Positions 1 through 10,302 of a stretch of DNA of 64,000 nt are shown here, one piece after another. A program made the position numbers and the translations under genes. The stretch's first letter is position 1, and the number at the start of each line of letters is the position of its first letter. The stretch lies in the NCBI GenBank assembly GCA_020201335.1, contig JAIVGZ010000003.1, positions 1,781 through 65,780 of the forward strand, in the 5' to 3' direction. The notes below the pieces were generated by a model. The model was not told the origin of the DNA and did no database searches. It saw only the letters and a list, made by a program, of their open reading frames with translations. Origin of the DNA: Natronospirales bacterium. GTDB taxonomy: Bacteria > Pseudomonadota > Gammaproteobacteria > Natronospirales > JAIVGZ01.

Positions 1-1
1 G

Positions 2-628
2 CGGGAGTATGCGCCGTCCCGGCTCGACCTTGAGGCGTTGCAGCCGGTGATCAGCGGCCGCATCCCGTTGCTCGCGCTGGTCGACCGCGCTTCGGACATC
101 GAGGCGTTGCTGCGGCTGGCACGCGAATTTGAACTACGGCTTGTGATTTCCGGCGGCGCCGAGGCATGGATGGTGGCTGACCAGCTGGTGGCGGCAGGCG
201 TGCCGGTTGTTCTTGACCCGCTGGTCAACCTGCCCGGCAGCTTCGAGATGCTTGGCGCCACCGGTGAGAATGCCGCCCGGCTGCACGCAGCCGGGGTACG
301 CATTGCCTTCGCGACCGGCGACACGCACAACGCGCGCAACCTGCGCCAATCGGCCGGCAATGCTGTCGCGCGCGGGCTGCCGTGGGACGCCGCGCTTGCC
401 GCAGTGACGGTGAACGCGCCGCGCATGTTCGGGATCGAATCCTTCGGCACGATCGCCCCCGGCGCGGCCGCCGACATCGTGGTCTGGGACGGCGACCCGC
501 TCGAAGTGACCAGCTACCCGGATGCGGTGTTCATCAACGGCGAGCGCATACCGATGCGCAGCCGCCAGACGGAACTGCGCGACCGGTACTTACCGCGGGC
601 GCGAACGCTTCCGCACGCGTATCAATGA
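2..628 (+). CDS. Amidohydrolase-family protein, C-terminal part (5' end lies outside the window)
   Basis: The frame is open from the window edge. The C-terminal sequence (..AADIVVWDGDPLEV..) is typical of metal-dependent amidohydrolases. Confidence 0.6.
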   Translation, partial: REYAPSRLDLEALQPVISGRIPLLALVDRASDIEALLRLAREFELRLVISGGAEAWMVADQLVAAGVPVVLDPLVNLPGSFEMLGATGENAARLHAAGVRIAFATGDTHNARNLRQSAGNAVARGLPWDAALAAVTVNAPRMFGIESFGTIAPGAAADIVVWDGDPLEVTSYPDAVFINGERIPMRSRQTELRDRYLPRARTLPHAYQ

Positions 629-1011
629 TGATTACCATTACACCGCTGTACGCCGCACCGCTCGCGATACTGCTCGTCGGCCTGGTGCTCCGCGTTGTCG
701 CGCTGCGCCGGCGGCTGAAGGTCGGTATCGGAGACGGCGGTGAGCGCGAGCTCGCGAAGGCTGTCCGTGCACACGGCAACGCCGCAGAGACCATTCCAAT
801 CGCCATAGTGTTGCTCCTGCTTGCCGAACTCGCGGGTGTCGGCAGCGCCCTGCTGCACGGTGCCGGCATAGCGCTGCTCGTCGGCCGGCTGCTGCACGCT
901 TACGGGCTGAGTACGCGCAGCGGCATGTCGTTCGGTCGATTCACCGGCATGGTGCTGACGCTGCTGGCGATCACGGTGCTGGCGGTAGTGTCGGTGGTGC
1001 GGGTCCTATGA
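625..1011 (+). CDS. MAPEG-family inner membrane protein (YecN-like)
   Basis: About 128 aa and 3-4 TM segments. The ATG overlaps the upstream stop (ATGATG). Contains ..VRAHGNAAETIPIA.. and ..GRLLHAYG.. motifs. Confidence 0.65.
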   Translation: MMITITPLYAAPLAILLVGLVLRVVALRRRLKVGIGDGGERELAKAVRAHGNAAETIPIAIVLLLLAELAGVGSALLHGAGIALLVGRLLHAYGLSTRSGMSFGRFTGMVLTLLAITVLAVVSVVRVL

Positions 1012-1032
1012 GCGGATGTGCCGGTCATGCAC

Positions 1033-1058
1033 ATCGCGGTGCGGAGCACCGCTCCTAC
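1033..1058 (-). repeat. REP-type palindromic element (ATCGCGGTGCGGAGCACCGCTCCTAC)
   Basis: 7-bp stem GCGGTGC/GCACCGC with a 3-nt loop. The same unit recurs at 1527, 5840 and 11260-11435. Confidence 0.8.
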
Positions 1059-1062
1059 TCTC

Positions 1063-1506
1063 GTGGATGAGTTAAACCAACAGCTGCTCGCGCGCCTTTC
1101 CGATGCGGCGGCGCAGGCGCCGGTGCCGCTCGAAATTCCGCCACGCATTTTCTCTTACCTCGGCGGGCACTTCACGGCGTTCGACGAAGCGGCTTCGACG
1201 CTGACCGCGCGCTTCCCCGTACGCGCCGAGTACCGCAACCCGATCGGTTTCATGCAAGGCGGCATGCTGGTAGCCGCGATCGACAATACGATGGGGCCGT
1301 TGTGCTTCCTGTGCGGTTTTCTCGGCGTCTCGACGCAGATCAACACGACCTATGTGCGGCCGGTCACGCCGGAGGAAGAATGGGTTGAAGTCGAGGCGCG
1401 CATCGTCGAGCGCACGCAGACGCTCGCGCAGGTGCACGCGGTGGCGAGGAACGGAGCCGGAAAGACCGTGGTGCTCTGTCAGGGGACTTTTGCATTGCCG
1501 AAATGA
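1063..1506 (+). CDS. PaaI/hotdog-fold thioesterase
   Basis: ..NPIGFMQGGMLVAAIDNTMG.. motif. The ORF track starts at 1018, but that part runs through a REP element. The GTG at 1063 was chosen and the start is uncertain. Confidence 0.6.
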   Translation: MDELNQQLLARLSDAAAQAPVPLEIPPRIFSYLGGHFTAFDEAASTLTARFPVRAEYRNPIGFMQGGMLVAAIDNTMGPLCFLCGFLGVSTQINTTYVRPVTPEEEWVEVEARIVERTQTLAQVHAVARNGAGKTVVLCQGTFALPK

Positions 1507-1526
1507 CGGCAGTGCCGCTCATGCAA

Positions 1527-1553
1527 ATCGCGGTGCGGAGCACCGCTCCCACA
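1527..1553 (-). repeat. REP-type palindromic element
   Basis: ATCGCGGTGCGGAGCACCGCTCCCACA, lying between convergent genes. Confidence 0.8.
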
Positions 1554-1561
1554 TTGCTTGC

Positions 1562-2920
1562 CTAGCGAGCTGCAAATGCATCTGCCTCAACGGCGGCCTG
1601 CCGGCCGCGGGCCTGATTCACGAACAGGCCGAGCACCGCGGCAACTGCGAACAGCGCGACGCAGAACAGGATTGAGCGGTGCAGGCCGAACTGCGTCTGC
1701 AGCAGCCCGAGCCCTAATATCCCGAACACTGCGGCGAGCTTCGACGACAGACCCCAGAAGCCGAAGAATTCGGCCGCCTTCGCGCGCGGCGACAGCACGC
1801 CGACCAGCGCGCGGCCGGCCGACTGGCTCGAGCCGAGCGACAGGCCGGCGAGGCAACCGGCAACCAGGAACAGGTGCTGCGCCTGCCAGTCGACGCCGAA
1901 CGCCGCATTGATTCCGGCGGTCACCTGCGGTGTCGCATAGATGGCGCCGATCGCGACGATCCAGAGCAACAGCGTGATGATGTAAGTCGTGCGCGCACCG
2001 ATGCGGTCCTGCAGCAGCCCGAAAGCAATCGCGCCGGCCGCCGCGGTGATTTGCACCACAATGAACATGATGTTGCGGATGCCGGTGTCCCAGCCAATTA
2101 CCTGCGCGCCGTAAATGAACGCGAACGCGATCACGATGTACACGCCAGCCATCGCGAAGAACACCGACGCGAGCAACATCGCCATGTCGCGCGACTCGTG
2201 CAGCCTTGCGAGCGTCGCGCTCAGGCGTGCGACGCCCATGTGCACCAGGGATTCGCCTGGCGGCAACACGCGGCGGCTGCCGCGTTCCTGCAGCCACATG
2301 AAAGTCGGGATCGCGGCGATTAGGAAAAAGAAGCCTGCGAACGGACCGACCCAACGGATGCGGTCGAAATTCTCGGCGCTGACCTCGCCGAGGAAAACCA
2401 GCGTGAAACCCGCCGCAAATAGACCGCCGATGTACCCGAGCGCCCAGCCGAAGCCCGATATGCGACCCAGTTCCTCCGGCGGGCCGAGTTCCGGCAAGAA
2501 GCTCGCGATGAATGATTCGCCGACCGAGTACGCGTAGTTTGAAATAATGATCAGCACGACCCCAAGCCACACGAGCCCGGGGGTGACGAAGTACAACAGC
2601 GTAGTCGCAGCGACCGTCAGCAAGTAGCTATAGAACAAGTAGCGCTTCTTCGCTGCCGTGAAGTCCATGATTGCGCCGAGCACCGGCGCACTTGCGACGA
2701 CCATCAGGTAGCTGACCGACAGCGCGATGCTCCACAGCAGGTTCCCGTACGCGTGGTCATCGCCGCGGTCGCCGACGATTACGCGCGAGAACAGGTCGCC
2801 GAACACCACCGTGATGATGAGCAGCGTGTACGCCTGGTTGGCGAAGTCGAACATCGCCCAGCCGAAGATTTCCTTGCGGCCGGCCCGGATGCGAGCGTCC
2901 ATCGCCGGATTAAAGCACAC
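1562..2920 (-). CDS. MFS transporter (UMF1/Atg22-like family)
   Basis: 452-aa polytopic ORF with the N-terminal ..WAMFDFANQAYTLLIITVVF.. signature. The start may be the internal Met at 2902. Confidence 0.7.
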   Translation of the reverse strand: MCFNPAMDARIRAGRKEIFGWAMFDFANQAYTLLIITVVFGDLFSRVIVGDRGDDHAYGNLLWSIALSVSYLMVVASAPVLGAIMDFTAAKKRYLFYSYLLTVAATTLLYFVTPGLVWLGVVLIIISNYAYSVGESFIASFLPELGPPEELGRISGFGWALGYIGGLFAAGFTLVFLGEVSAENFDRIRWVGPFAGFFFLIAAIPTFMWLQERGSRRVLPPGESLVHMGVARLSATLARLHESRDMAMLLASVFFAMAGVYIVIAFAFIYGAQVIGWDTGIRNIMFIVVQITAAAGAIAFGLLQDRIGARTTYIITLLLWIVAIGAIYATPQVTAGINAAFGVDWQAQHLFLVAGCLAGLSLGSSQSAGRALVGVLSPRAKAAEFFGFWGLSSKLAAVFGILGLGLLQTQFGLHRSILFCVALFAVAAVLGLFVNQARGRQAAVEADAFAAR

Positions 2921-2999
2921 AAGGGCCGAGGGGGAACTTCCCCCTGCGCGTGGGGTCAGGCAGAATCAGGTCCTTCGAATTCCTGCTGGAGAGCATCCC

Positions 3000-5735
3000 A
3001 TGAACCCATTACGACTCCTCGGCGCGTTGGTCGCGCTGGCCCTCGTCGCGTTGCCGGTCCACGCCGACGACGAGGTCGATATTCCGTACCACCGCTTCGT
3101 GCTCGACAACGGCCTCCGGCTAATCGTCCACGTCGACGACAAGGCGCCGATCGCCGCCGTCAACGTGTGGTACCACGTTGGTTCGAAGGACGAGCGTGAG
3201 GGCAAGACGGGCTTCGCACACCTGTTTGAGCACCTCATGTTCAACGGCTCGGAGAATCACGACGAAGACTGGTTCAAGCTGATGCAGCGCATTGGCGCAA
3301 CCGACCTCAACGGCACCACTAACTTCGACCGCACCAATTACTTCCAGAACGTGCCGACGAGCGCGCTCGATACGGTGTTGTGGATGGAATCCGACCGCAT
3401 GGGGCATATGCTCGGTGCCGTCACGCAGGAGAAGCTGGACGAACAGCGCGGCGTCGTGCAGAACGAGAAGCGTCAGGGCGAAAATCAGCCGTACGGCCAG
3501 GTCTGGGAGACGGTGTTCCGCAACCTGTTCCCCGTAGGCCACCCGTACTCGTGGGGCGTGATTGGATACATGGAGGACCTCGAGGCTGCGGAGCTCAGCG
3601 ACGCACACGGGTGGTTCGAGCAGTACTACGGCGCGTCGAACGCTGTGATTGTTATCGCCGGCGACGTCGACCCCGACGATGTGCACCAGCGCGTGCAGCG
3701 CTACTTCGGCCACATCCCGGCCGGGCCGCCGCTGCCGCGCCACGAATCGTGGGTCCCGCGGCGCACCGACCCGCAGCGCATCACTATGCAGGACCGCGTG
3801 CCGCAGGCCCGCGTATACAAATACTGGGCGATGCCGCCGAGCGGTTCAGCGGACGCCGATTACCTCGACCTCGCAGCGAGCGTGCTCGCGACCGGCCGTA
3901 ACTCGCGGCTGTACGAGCGCCTCGTGTACCGCGAGCAGATCGCGACCGATGTCACCGCGTTCGCGTACGGCCTTGAGATAGCCGGCATTTTCGCGATGTT
4001 CGCGACTGTGCAGCCGGGTGGAGACGTCGCTGCGGTCGAACGCGCGATGGACGAAGAACTGGCGCGCCTGCTCGACCGTGGCGTTACCCGCAGCGAGCTC
4101 GACCGCGCGAAGACCGGATACCGGGCTTCGTTCATCCGTGGCGTCGAGCGCATCGGCGGCTTCGGCGGCAAGTCCGACGTGCTCGCGTCCGGCGAGGTGT
4201 ATTTCAACAACCCGCACCAGTACCAGGAGCGCCTCGCGCGCATTGCTGCCGCCACGCCGCAGCAGGTCCGCGATGCCGCGCGCCGCTGGATTGCTTCGCC
4301 GTCGCTGGTGCTTGAAGTGCAGCCGTTCCCGCAGTATTCGAACACAGCGGCGCAGGTTGACCGGACTTCCGGTCCGCCACGCCCCGACGATTACCCGTCG
4401 GTCGACTTCCCGGTACCCGAGCGCGCGATGCTGTCGAACGGGCTGCGCGTGGAATTGGTGCAGCGCGATGCCGTTCCCGTCGTCAGCATGACTTTGCTCG
4501 TTGATGCCGGCTACGCAGCCGACCAGCACGCGGCGCCCGGCACCGCAAACCTGACGCTCGACATGCTGAGCGAGGGCACGCGCCGTCGCACCTCATTGCA
4601 GATCAGCGACCAGCTGCAGCGACTCGGTGCGAATCTGTCGACAGGCTCAAACCTGGACCAGTCGTCGGTGTCGATGTCAGCGCTCGCCGAGAACCTCGAT
4701 GCGTCGCTTGACCTGTTCGCCGACGTGATTCTCAACCCGGCGTTCCCGGAAGCCGACTTCAACCGCCGCAGGCAGCAGCAGATCGCCGGCATCCAGCGCG
4801 AGCAGGTGACGCCGGTACCGATGGCATTGCGCGTGTTCCCGCGCCTGCTGTACGGCGACGACCATGCGTACTCGCTCCCGTTAACCGGGTCGGGCACGTT
4901 GGAGTCGGTCCGCGCGATGTCGATCCCTGACTTGCAGGCGTTCCACAGCACCTGGTTCAAGCCGAACAACGCTACGCTCGTCGTCGTCGGTGACGTCTCG
5001 ATGGCAGAGATGCAGCCGAAGCTCGAGCGCCTGTTCAGGGGCTGGCAGCCGGGCGAGGTGCCGGAGAAGAACATCGGGCCGGTCGCGCACCGTGAAGCAG
5101 CGGGCGTCTACATCATCGACCGGCCGGGCTCGCAGCAGTCGATCATCTTTGCCGGCCACATCGCGCCGCCGAAGGCGAACGAACACGAGTTCGCGCTGAT
5201 GACGATGAACGACGTGCTCGGCGGGACCTTTACTTCGCGCATCAACATGAACCTGCGCGAGGATAAGGGCTGGGCGTATGGCGCGAGCTCGCTGCTGTAC
5301 AGCGCGCGCGGTCCGCGGCCGTTCTTCGCGTACGCACCGGTACAAAGCGACCGCACCGCCGACTCGATGCGTGAGATCCGCAACGAGCTCACCGAACTGC
5401 TCGGCGACCGGCCCGTCACCGACGATGAGTTGTCGAAGTCGGTAGATGGCCGCGTGCTGACGCTGCCCGGCCGCTGGGAGACCGGTGGTGCCATTTCGGG
5501 CTCGCTCGTTGAGTCGCTGCGCTTCGGTTACCCGGACGATTACTGGGCGACCTACGCCGACAACATTCGTGGGCTGGCGCGTGACGACCTTCAACAGGCG
5601 GCGAACTCCGTGATACGGCCCGACCGCTTGATCTGGGTCGTCGTTGGCGACCGGCGCAGCATTGAGGGTCCAATCCGCGAGCTGGGCTTCGGCGACATCC
5701 AGTACCTGGATGCCGACGGCAACCCCGTAGACTAG
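3000..5735 (+). CDS. Secreted M16 (pitrilysin/insulinase) zinc peptidase, two-unit type
   Basis: Signal peptide MNPLRLLGALVALALVALPVHA and the inverted zinc motif HLFEHLMF. About 911 aa with a second M16-like half. Confidence 0.85.
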   Translation: MNPLRLLGALVALALVALPVHADDEVDIPYHRFVLDNGLRLIVHVDDKAPIAAVNVWYHVGSKDEREGKTGFAHLFEHLMFNGSENHDEDWFKLMQRIGATDLNGTTNFDRTNYFQNVPTSALDTVLWMESDRMGHMLGAVTQEKLDEQRGVVQNEKRQGENQPYGQVWETVFRNLFPVGHPYSWGVIGYMEDLEAAELSDAHGWFEQYYGASNAVIVIAGDVDPDDVHQRVQRYFGHIPAGPPLPRHESWVPRRTDPQRITMQDRVPQARVYKYWAMPPSGSADADYLDLAASVLATGRNSRLYERLVYREQIATDVTAFAYGLEIAGIFAMFATVQPGGDVAAVERAMDEELARLLDRGVTRSELDRAKTGYRASFIRGVERIGGFGGKSDVLASGEVYFNNPHQYQERLARIAAATPQQVRDAARRWIASPSLVLEVQPFPQYSNTAAQVDRTSGPPRPDDYPSVDFPVPERAMLSNGLRVELVQRDAVPVVSMTLLVDAGYAADQHAAPGTANLTLDMLSEGTRRRTSLQISDQLQRLGANLSTGSNLDQSSVSMSALAENLDASLDLFADVILNPAFPEADFNRRRQQQIAGIQREQVTPVPMALRVFPRLLYGDDHAYSLPLTGSGTLESVRAMSIPDLQAFHSTWFKPNNATLVVVGDVSMAEMQPKLERLFRGWQPGEVPEKNIGPVAHREAAGVYIIDRPGSQQSIIFAGHIAPPKANEHEFALMTMNDVLGGTFTSRINMNLREDKGWAYGASSLLYSARGPRPFFAYAPVQSDRTADSMREIRNELTELLGDRPVTDDELSKSVDGRVLTLPGRWETGGAISGSLVESLRFGYPDDYWATYADNIRGLARDDLQQAANSVIRPDRLIWVVVGDRRSIEGPIRELGFGDIQYLDADGNPVD

Positions 5736-5839
5736 CACCGCGCCCGCCGCAGCGCTCACTCCTGTGGGTTCACCGGCTTTTTCAGAGCCGGCTGTAACCC
5801 ACAAGTCGCTTTGCGCTTGCGGCGGGATGTGGTGCTCAG

Positions 5840-5866
5840 TGTGGGAGCGGCGCTCCGCACCGCGAT
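5840..5866 (+). repeat. REP-type palindromic element
   Basis: TGTGGGAGCGGCGCTCCGCACCGCGAT in an intergenic position. Confidence 0.75.
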
Positions 5867-5921
5867 GGCGCGTTCCGGTTGTGGCAGAATCGGTGGCTCG
5901 CACATCCGGCTGGAGCCGTTC

Positions 5922-7045
5922 ATGAAAAGATTCCTCGCTTGCCTGCTGCTGGGCGCGTCAACCACTGTCTACGCCCAGGCCCCGGATGCCGTAATCGAGG
6001 CCGCCGCCTCAATGCGCGACCGCGCGCTCGAGGAGAACCGCGCGTACGACACGCTGACCTCTCTGTTAACTGAAGTCGGCCCGCGCTTCGCCGGTACGCC
6101 CGGGGATGCGGCGGCGGTCGCGTGGGCGTTGCGCACGCTGCGCGACGCGGGTCTGCACAACGTACGCGCGGAGCCGGTCGAGGTTCCGCGCTGGGTGCGC
6201 GGCGAGGTGGAAGTCGAGATCACCGGCCCGTTCCCGCAACCGCTGGTCGCGCTGGCGCTCGGCGGCAGCGTGGGCACGCCTGACGAGGGTATCGAAGCGC
6301 CGGTGCTCATGGTCACCGACCCGGACGCGCTGCGTGCGCTCCCGGAGAGTGAGGTCGCCGGCAAGATCGTGTTCTACAACCGGCGCATGGAGCGCGAGCA
6401 GGACGGAACCGGCTACGGGCGCACCGTGCGCAACCGCGGTGAAGGCGCGGCGGTCGCTGCGCAGCGTGGCGCAGTCGGCGTCGTGATCCGTTCGGTCGGG
6501 ACCTCGAACGCACGCGTCGCGCACACCGGTAGCATGCGTTACCAGGATGCTATTGCACAGATTCCGGCCGCCGCGATCTCGAACCCCGACGCCGACACGC
6601 TGCAGCGGCAGGTAGACAGCGGGCGGCAGGTCACGCTGCGCATGCACCTCACTTCGCGGATGCTCGGCACGGCGCGCTCAGCGAATGTCGTCGGCGAGAT
6701 TCCGGGGCGCGGGCCGCGCGCGAATGAGATTGTGCTTCTCGGCGCACACCTCGATTCCTGGGATATCACGCCGGGTGCGCACGACGACGGCGCCGGCGTT
6801 GCGATCGTCATCGAGGCCGCACGGATGATCGGCGCACAGCGGCGCAACCCCGCGTACCGATGCTCGACATCCGACAGGACATGCGTGGCTACTTCGACAT
6901 CCACCATACGATCAACGACACGCTCGACAAGGTTGACCCCGCAGAGTTGACGCGCAATGTCGCCGCGTATGTCGCGCTGACCTACGCGGCCGCGTACGGC
7001 GACGTCGACTTCGGGCGCCTGCCGGAACCGGCAACCGAAGACTGA
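5922..7045 (+). pseudogene. M28-family (PA-domain) aminopeptidase, disrupted by an internal deletion and frameshift
   Basis: The N-terminal part has a signal peptide, a PA-like region and ..LLGAHLDSWDITPGAHDDGAGV... It runs to about 6850. The conserved C-terminus (..YFDIHHTINDTLDKVD..) resumes at 6860 in another frame. The Glu-Glu/Asp ligand region between them is absent. Confidence 0.65.
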
Positions 7046-7046
7046 T

Positions 7047-9124
7047 CTGAACCGCAACGACATAAATTTCTCCGCAGGCGACGACGGCCTGCGCCACGAT
7101 GTCAGCGACCTCGGAGCGCTCGTCGGCGAGGCCTTGCGCGAGCAGGGCGGCGACGCGTTGTTCGAGCGCGTCGAATCGTTGCGCGCCACCGCGATTCTGC
7201 GGCGCGAGGGTGACCAATCCGCCGCTCCTGAGCTCGAGCGGCTTACGGCGGGGCTGGACGCACCGCAGGCTGCCGCACTCGTACGGGCCTTCTCCACCTA
7301 CTTCCAGGTTGTGAACCTCGCCGAGCGCGTGCACCGCATCCGCCGCCGGCGCGAGTACCAGCGCGCACAGTCCGGTCCGCAGCCCGGCGGCGTCGAGGCG
7401 GAGCTGGTACGCATGCGCGAAGCTGGCGTGAACGCCGCGCAGGCAGCCGCGTTGGTTGCGCGCGCCCGCTTCGAGCCGGTGTTCACCGCTCACCCGACCG
7501 AAGCCACCCGCCGAACGCTGCTCGAGAAACAGCAGCGCATCGGCCGTGCGCTGATCGAGCGACTGAACCCGACGCTGACGCCGGATGAGCAGAAACGGCT
7601 GACTGGCCAGTTGCGCGCCGAAATCACCGCGGCGTGGCAGACCGACGAGCACCCGGATGTTCGGCTGACGGTCGCGGACGAACTCGAACACGTGATGTTC
7701 TACCTCACTGACGTGATCTACAGCGTCGCGCCGGCGTTCATCGAAGGTCTGCACGACGCGTTCCAGCGCGTGTTCGGGGAGCCGTTACCTGCTGCCTGCC
7801 TGCCGCTCAAGTTCGCGTCGTGGGTCGGCGGTGACATGGACCGAAGTCGAACGCAGCACGCCGCCGCGCCACCGCGACATGCCGTACCGAAAATTTCTGC
7901 GCTTCGTCGACGCGCGGCTTGCCGCACGCTCCCATGGCGCATCCGGCGCGTACGCCCATTGCGATGAGTTCGCCGCCGACATCGACCTCATTGCAGACAG
8001 CCTGCGCCTGCACCGTGGCGAGAACGCCGGTCTGTTCACGGTCGAGCGGCTGCGGTGTCGTATCGCGCTGTTCGGTTTCCACCTCGCGGCGCTCGACATG
8101 CGGCAGGACGCGGCATCGCTACACGAAGGCGACGCGCAGACCGTCGCTGCGGTCGCCGCACTGCGCGCTGCGCTCGACGAGGACCCGGCGCGTGCCGGCA
8201 CCTTCGTCGTCAGCATGGCGCGGGAGCCGGGCGATGTTACGCGCGTGCTAGAACTGGCCGGCGGCGCTGCGCTCGATGTCGCGCCGTTGTTCGAGACTGT
8301 CGACGATCTTGAACACGCGCCGGACGCCTTGCGCGCGCTGTTCGCAGACCGCGCCTACCAAGCGCACCTTGCGACGCGCAGCAACCGGCAGGTCGTGATG
8401 CTCGGCTATTCGGACAGCAACAAGGATGGCGGACTCGCGGCCGCGCGCTGGGCGCTGTACCGCTGCCAGCAGCAGCTGGTCGAAGTGCAGCGCGAGACCG
8501 GTGTCGAGCTCCTGCTGTTCCACGGTCGCGGCGGCACAACGAGCCGTGGCGGCGGCAAGACCGCGGACGCGGTACGCGCAGCACCACCTGGCAGCCTGAG
8601 CGGAACCCTTCGGGTGACCGAGCAGGGCGAAATGATCAACGCGAAGTACGGGCTGCGTGGCATCGCCGCGCGCACTTTCGACCAGGCGCTCGGCGCGGTG
8701 ATTGGCTGCTTGCACGACGACACCAACCCGCGCGCGCCGGAACCGGAGTGGGTGGCTGCGCTCGACACGCTTGCGGCGGCGAGCCGCGATGCGTATCGCG
8801 CGCTGGTATTCGACGACCCGCGCTTCCAGCGCTTCTTCAGCGAAGCGACACCGATTGATGTAATCGAGCGGATGATGATCGGGTCGCGGCCCGCGGACAC
8901 GCGACGGCATCCTGACACTCAAGGATGCCGACTCCCTGCTCGACGACGACCCCGTGCTGCAGCGCTCGATCCGCCTGCGCAACCCGTATGTGGATCCGAT
9001 GAGCCTGCTGCAGGTCGACCTGTTGCGCCGCTGGCGCGCGGGCGGCCGTACCGACGACGCGTTGTTCGAAGCCCTGCTCGCGTCGGTGAACGGAATCGCC
9101 CAGGGCCTCCAGAACACAGGTTAG
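7047..9124 (+). pseudogene. ppc: Phosphoenolpyruvate carboxylase, fragmented across three frames
   Basis: PEPC motifs are spread over three frames: ..FEPVFTAHPTEATRRT.., ..SWVGGDMD (frame break near 7842), ..MPYRKF.., ..LDMRQDA.., ..GYSDSNKDGG.., ..FHGRGGTTSRGGG.., ..IGSRPA (frame break near 8900), ..[15 protein letters not shown]. No in-frame ATG/GTG/TTG precedes the conserved N-terminus. The locus encodes about 690 codons, against about 880-930 for typical PEPC. Confidence 0.75.
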
Positions 9125-9133
9125 GTAGCAAGC

Positions 9134-9856
9134 ATGCGCACACTCATTATCGTCACGCTGTCGCTGTTGGTCGCCGCGTGCGCGCTCGACCAATCGCCGC
9201 AAGACGGCAACCTTGGCCCGCATGTATCGGTGCGCGGCGAGGCGCGCGTCGAGGTTCGCCCCGACACGCTGACCGTGCGCGCGCGAGTCACGCACACGGC
9301 CGACGAGGTTGTCGGCGCGACCGGTAACGTCGATCGCCGGACCGCAGCTGCAATCGAAGCCGCGCGCGCCGTCGGCGTCGCCGACGAGGACATACAGGCG
9401 CTGTCGATTTCGGTGCAGCCGATGTGGGACTGGCACGATGGCCGGCGCAGCTTCCGCGGCCACGAGGCCGCGCGCACGATCGTGATCAAGCTGCGCGACA
9501 TCGAGGTCTGGCCGGACTTGCTGGCCGGGCTAATCAATGCGCGCGTCGACCGTTTCGACTCGGTCGAGGCCGACCACAGCGACCGCGACGGCATCATGCG
9601 TGAGGCGATGCAATCTGCTGTACGCGACGCCCGCTCGCGCGCGGACCTGCTCGCCGAGGCCGCGGATGCACGCGTCGCCAGCGTCTTCAGCATCTCCGAG
9701 CAGAGCCGGGGCTGGACGCAGCCGGAAGCACGCGAACAGATGATGGCGATGCGCTCTGACCAGCAGGCGGCGCCGGCGGCGTACGAGCCCGGGGTAATCA
9801 TGATTACCAGCGAAGTTGCGGCGGTGTTCGTGTTGCGTGGCCGGAGGGGCCGCTGA
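9134..9856 (+). CDS. SIMPL-domain (DUF541/BP26-like) lipoprotein
   Basis: Lipobox LLVAAC. Family-typical layout (..VRGEARVEVRPD.., ..GVIMITSEV..). Confidence 0.65.
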   Translation: MRTLIIVTLSLLVAACALDQSPQDGNLGPHVSVRGEARVEVRPDTLTVRARVTHTADEVVGATGNVDRRTAAAIEAARAVGVADEDIQALSISVQPMWDWHDGRRSFRGHEAARTIVIKLRDIEVWPDLLAGLINARVDRFDSVEADHSDRDGIMREAMQSAVRDARSRADLLAEAADARVASVFSISEQSRGWTQPEAREQMMAMRSDQQAAPAAYEPGVIMITSEVAAVFVLRGRRGR

Positions 9857-10302
9857 TGCGCGGGCTACTTGTACTGGCAGCATTGGCGCTCGCTGCGTGC
9901 GGGGTGACCGCGACCGAACCGGAGGAGGCACCGATGCGCGAAATCGCCCGCGGTTACCACAGCCAGCAAAAGGCGCAGCTGTTCGAACTCGTCACGGATG
10001 CCGGGCGCCTGAATACGCTGTGGCGGCAGCACGGCAGCAGCGCACGGCCCACGATTGATTTTGCCGAGAGCGCGGTGCTTGCGCTGTTCCTGGGCGAGAA
10101 GCCAACCGGCGGCTACGCGGTTATCGTCGAGCGCGTCACCCGGCGCGGCGATGTCCTTGAAGTTGACGTTGCCGTGTACGAGCCCGGCCGTGGCTGCATG
10201 ACCACGCAGGCCCTGACGCAGCCGTTCCAGTTTGTCGAAGTTCCAGCCGGTGCCACTGAGGCGCGTTTCAACACGCGGCGTATCGCCGAACCCTGCGGAT
10301 GA
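9856..10302 (+). CDS. PrcB-family (protease complex subunit C-terminal domain) lipoprotein
   Basis: Lipobox LALAAC. ..GEKPTGGYAVIVERV.. and ..TQALTQPFQFVEVP.. motifs. The start overlaps the upstream stop. Confidence 0.6.
   Translation: MRGLLVLAALALAACGVTATEPEEAPMREIARGYHSQQKAQLFELVTDAGRLNTLWRQHGSSARPTIDFAESAVLALFLGEKPTGGYAVIVERVTRRGDVLEVDVAVYEPGRGCMTTQALTQPFQFVEVPAGATEARFNTRRIAEPCG

Noticed and set aside
2727-2999. N-terminal 91-codon extension of the M16 peptidase ORF in the ORF track.
   Set aside because: The extension overlaps the 5' end of the MFS gene in antisense and has no signal peptide. The ATG at 3000 gives a canonical signal peptide.
9117-9124. GGTTAGG at the ppc stop codon resembling an attC/attI core.
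   Set aside because: It is an isolated 7-mer with no partner inverse core or flanking attC structure, about 4 kb from the integron. It is coincidental.
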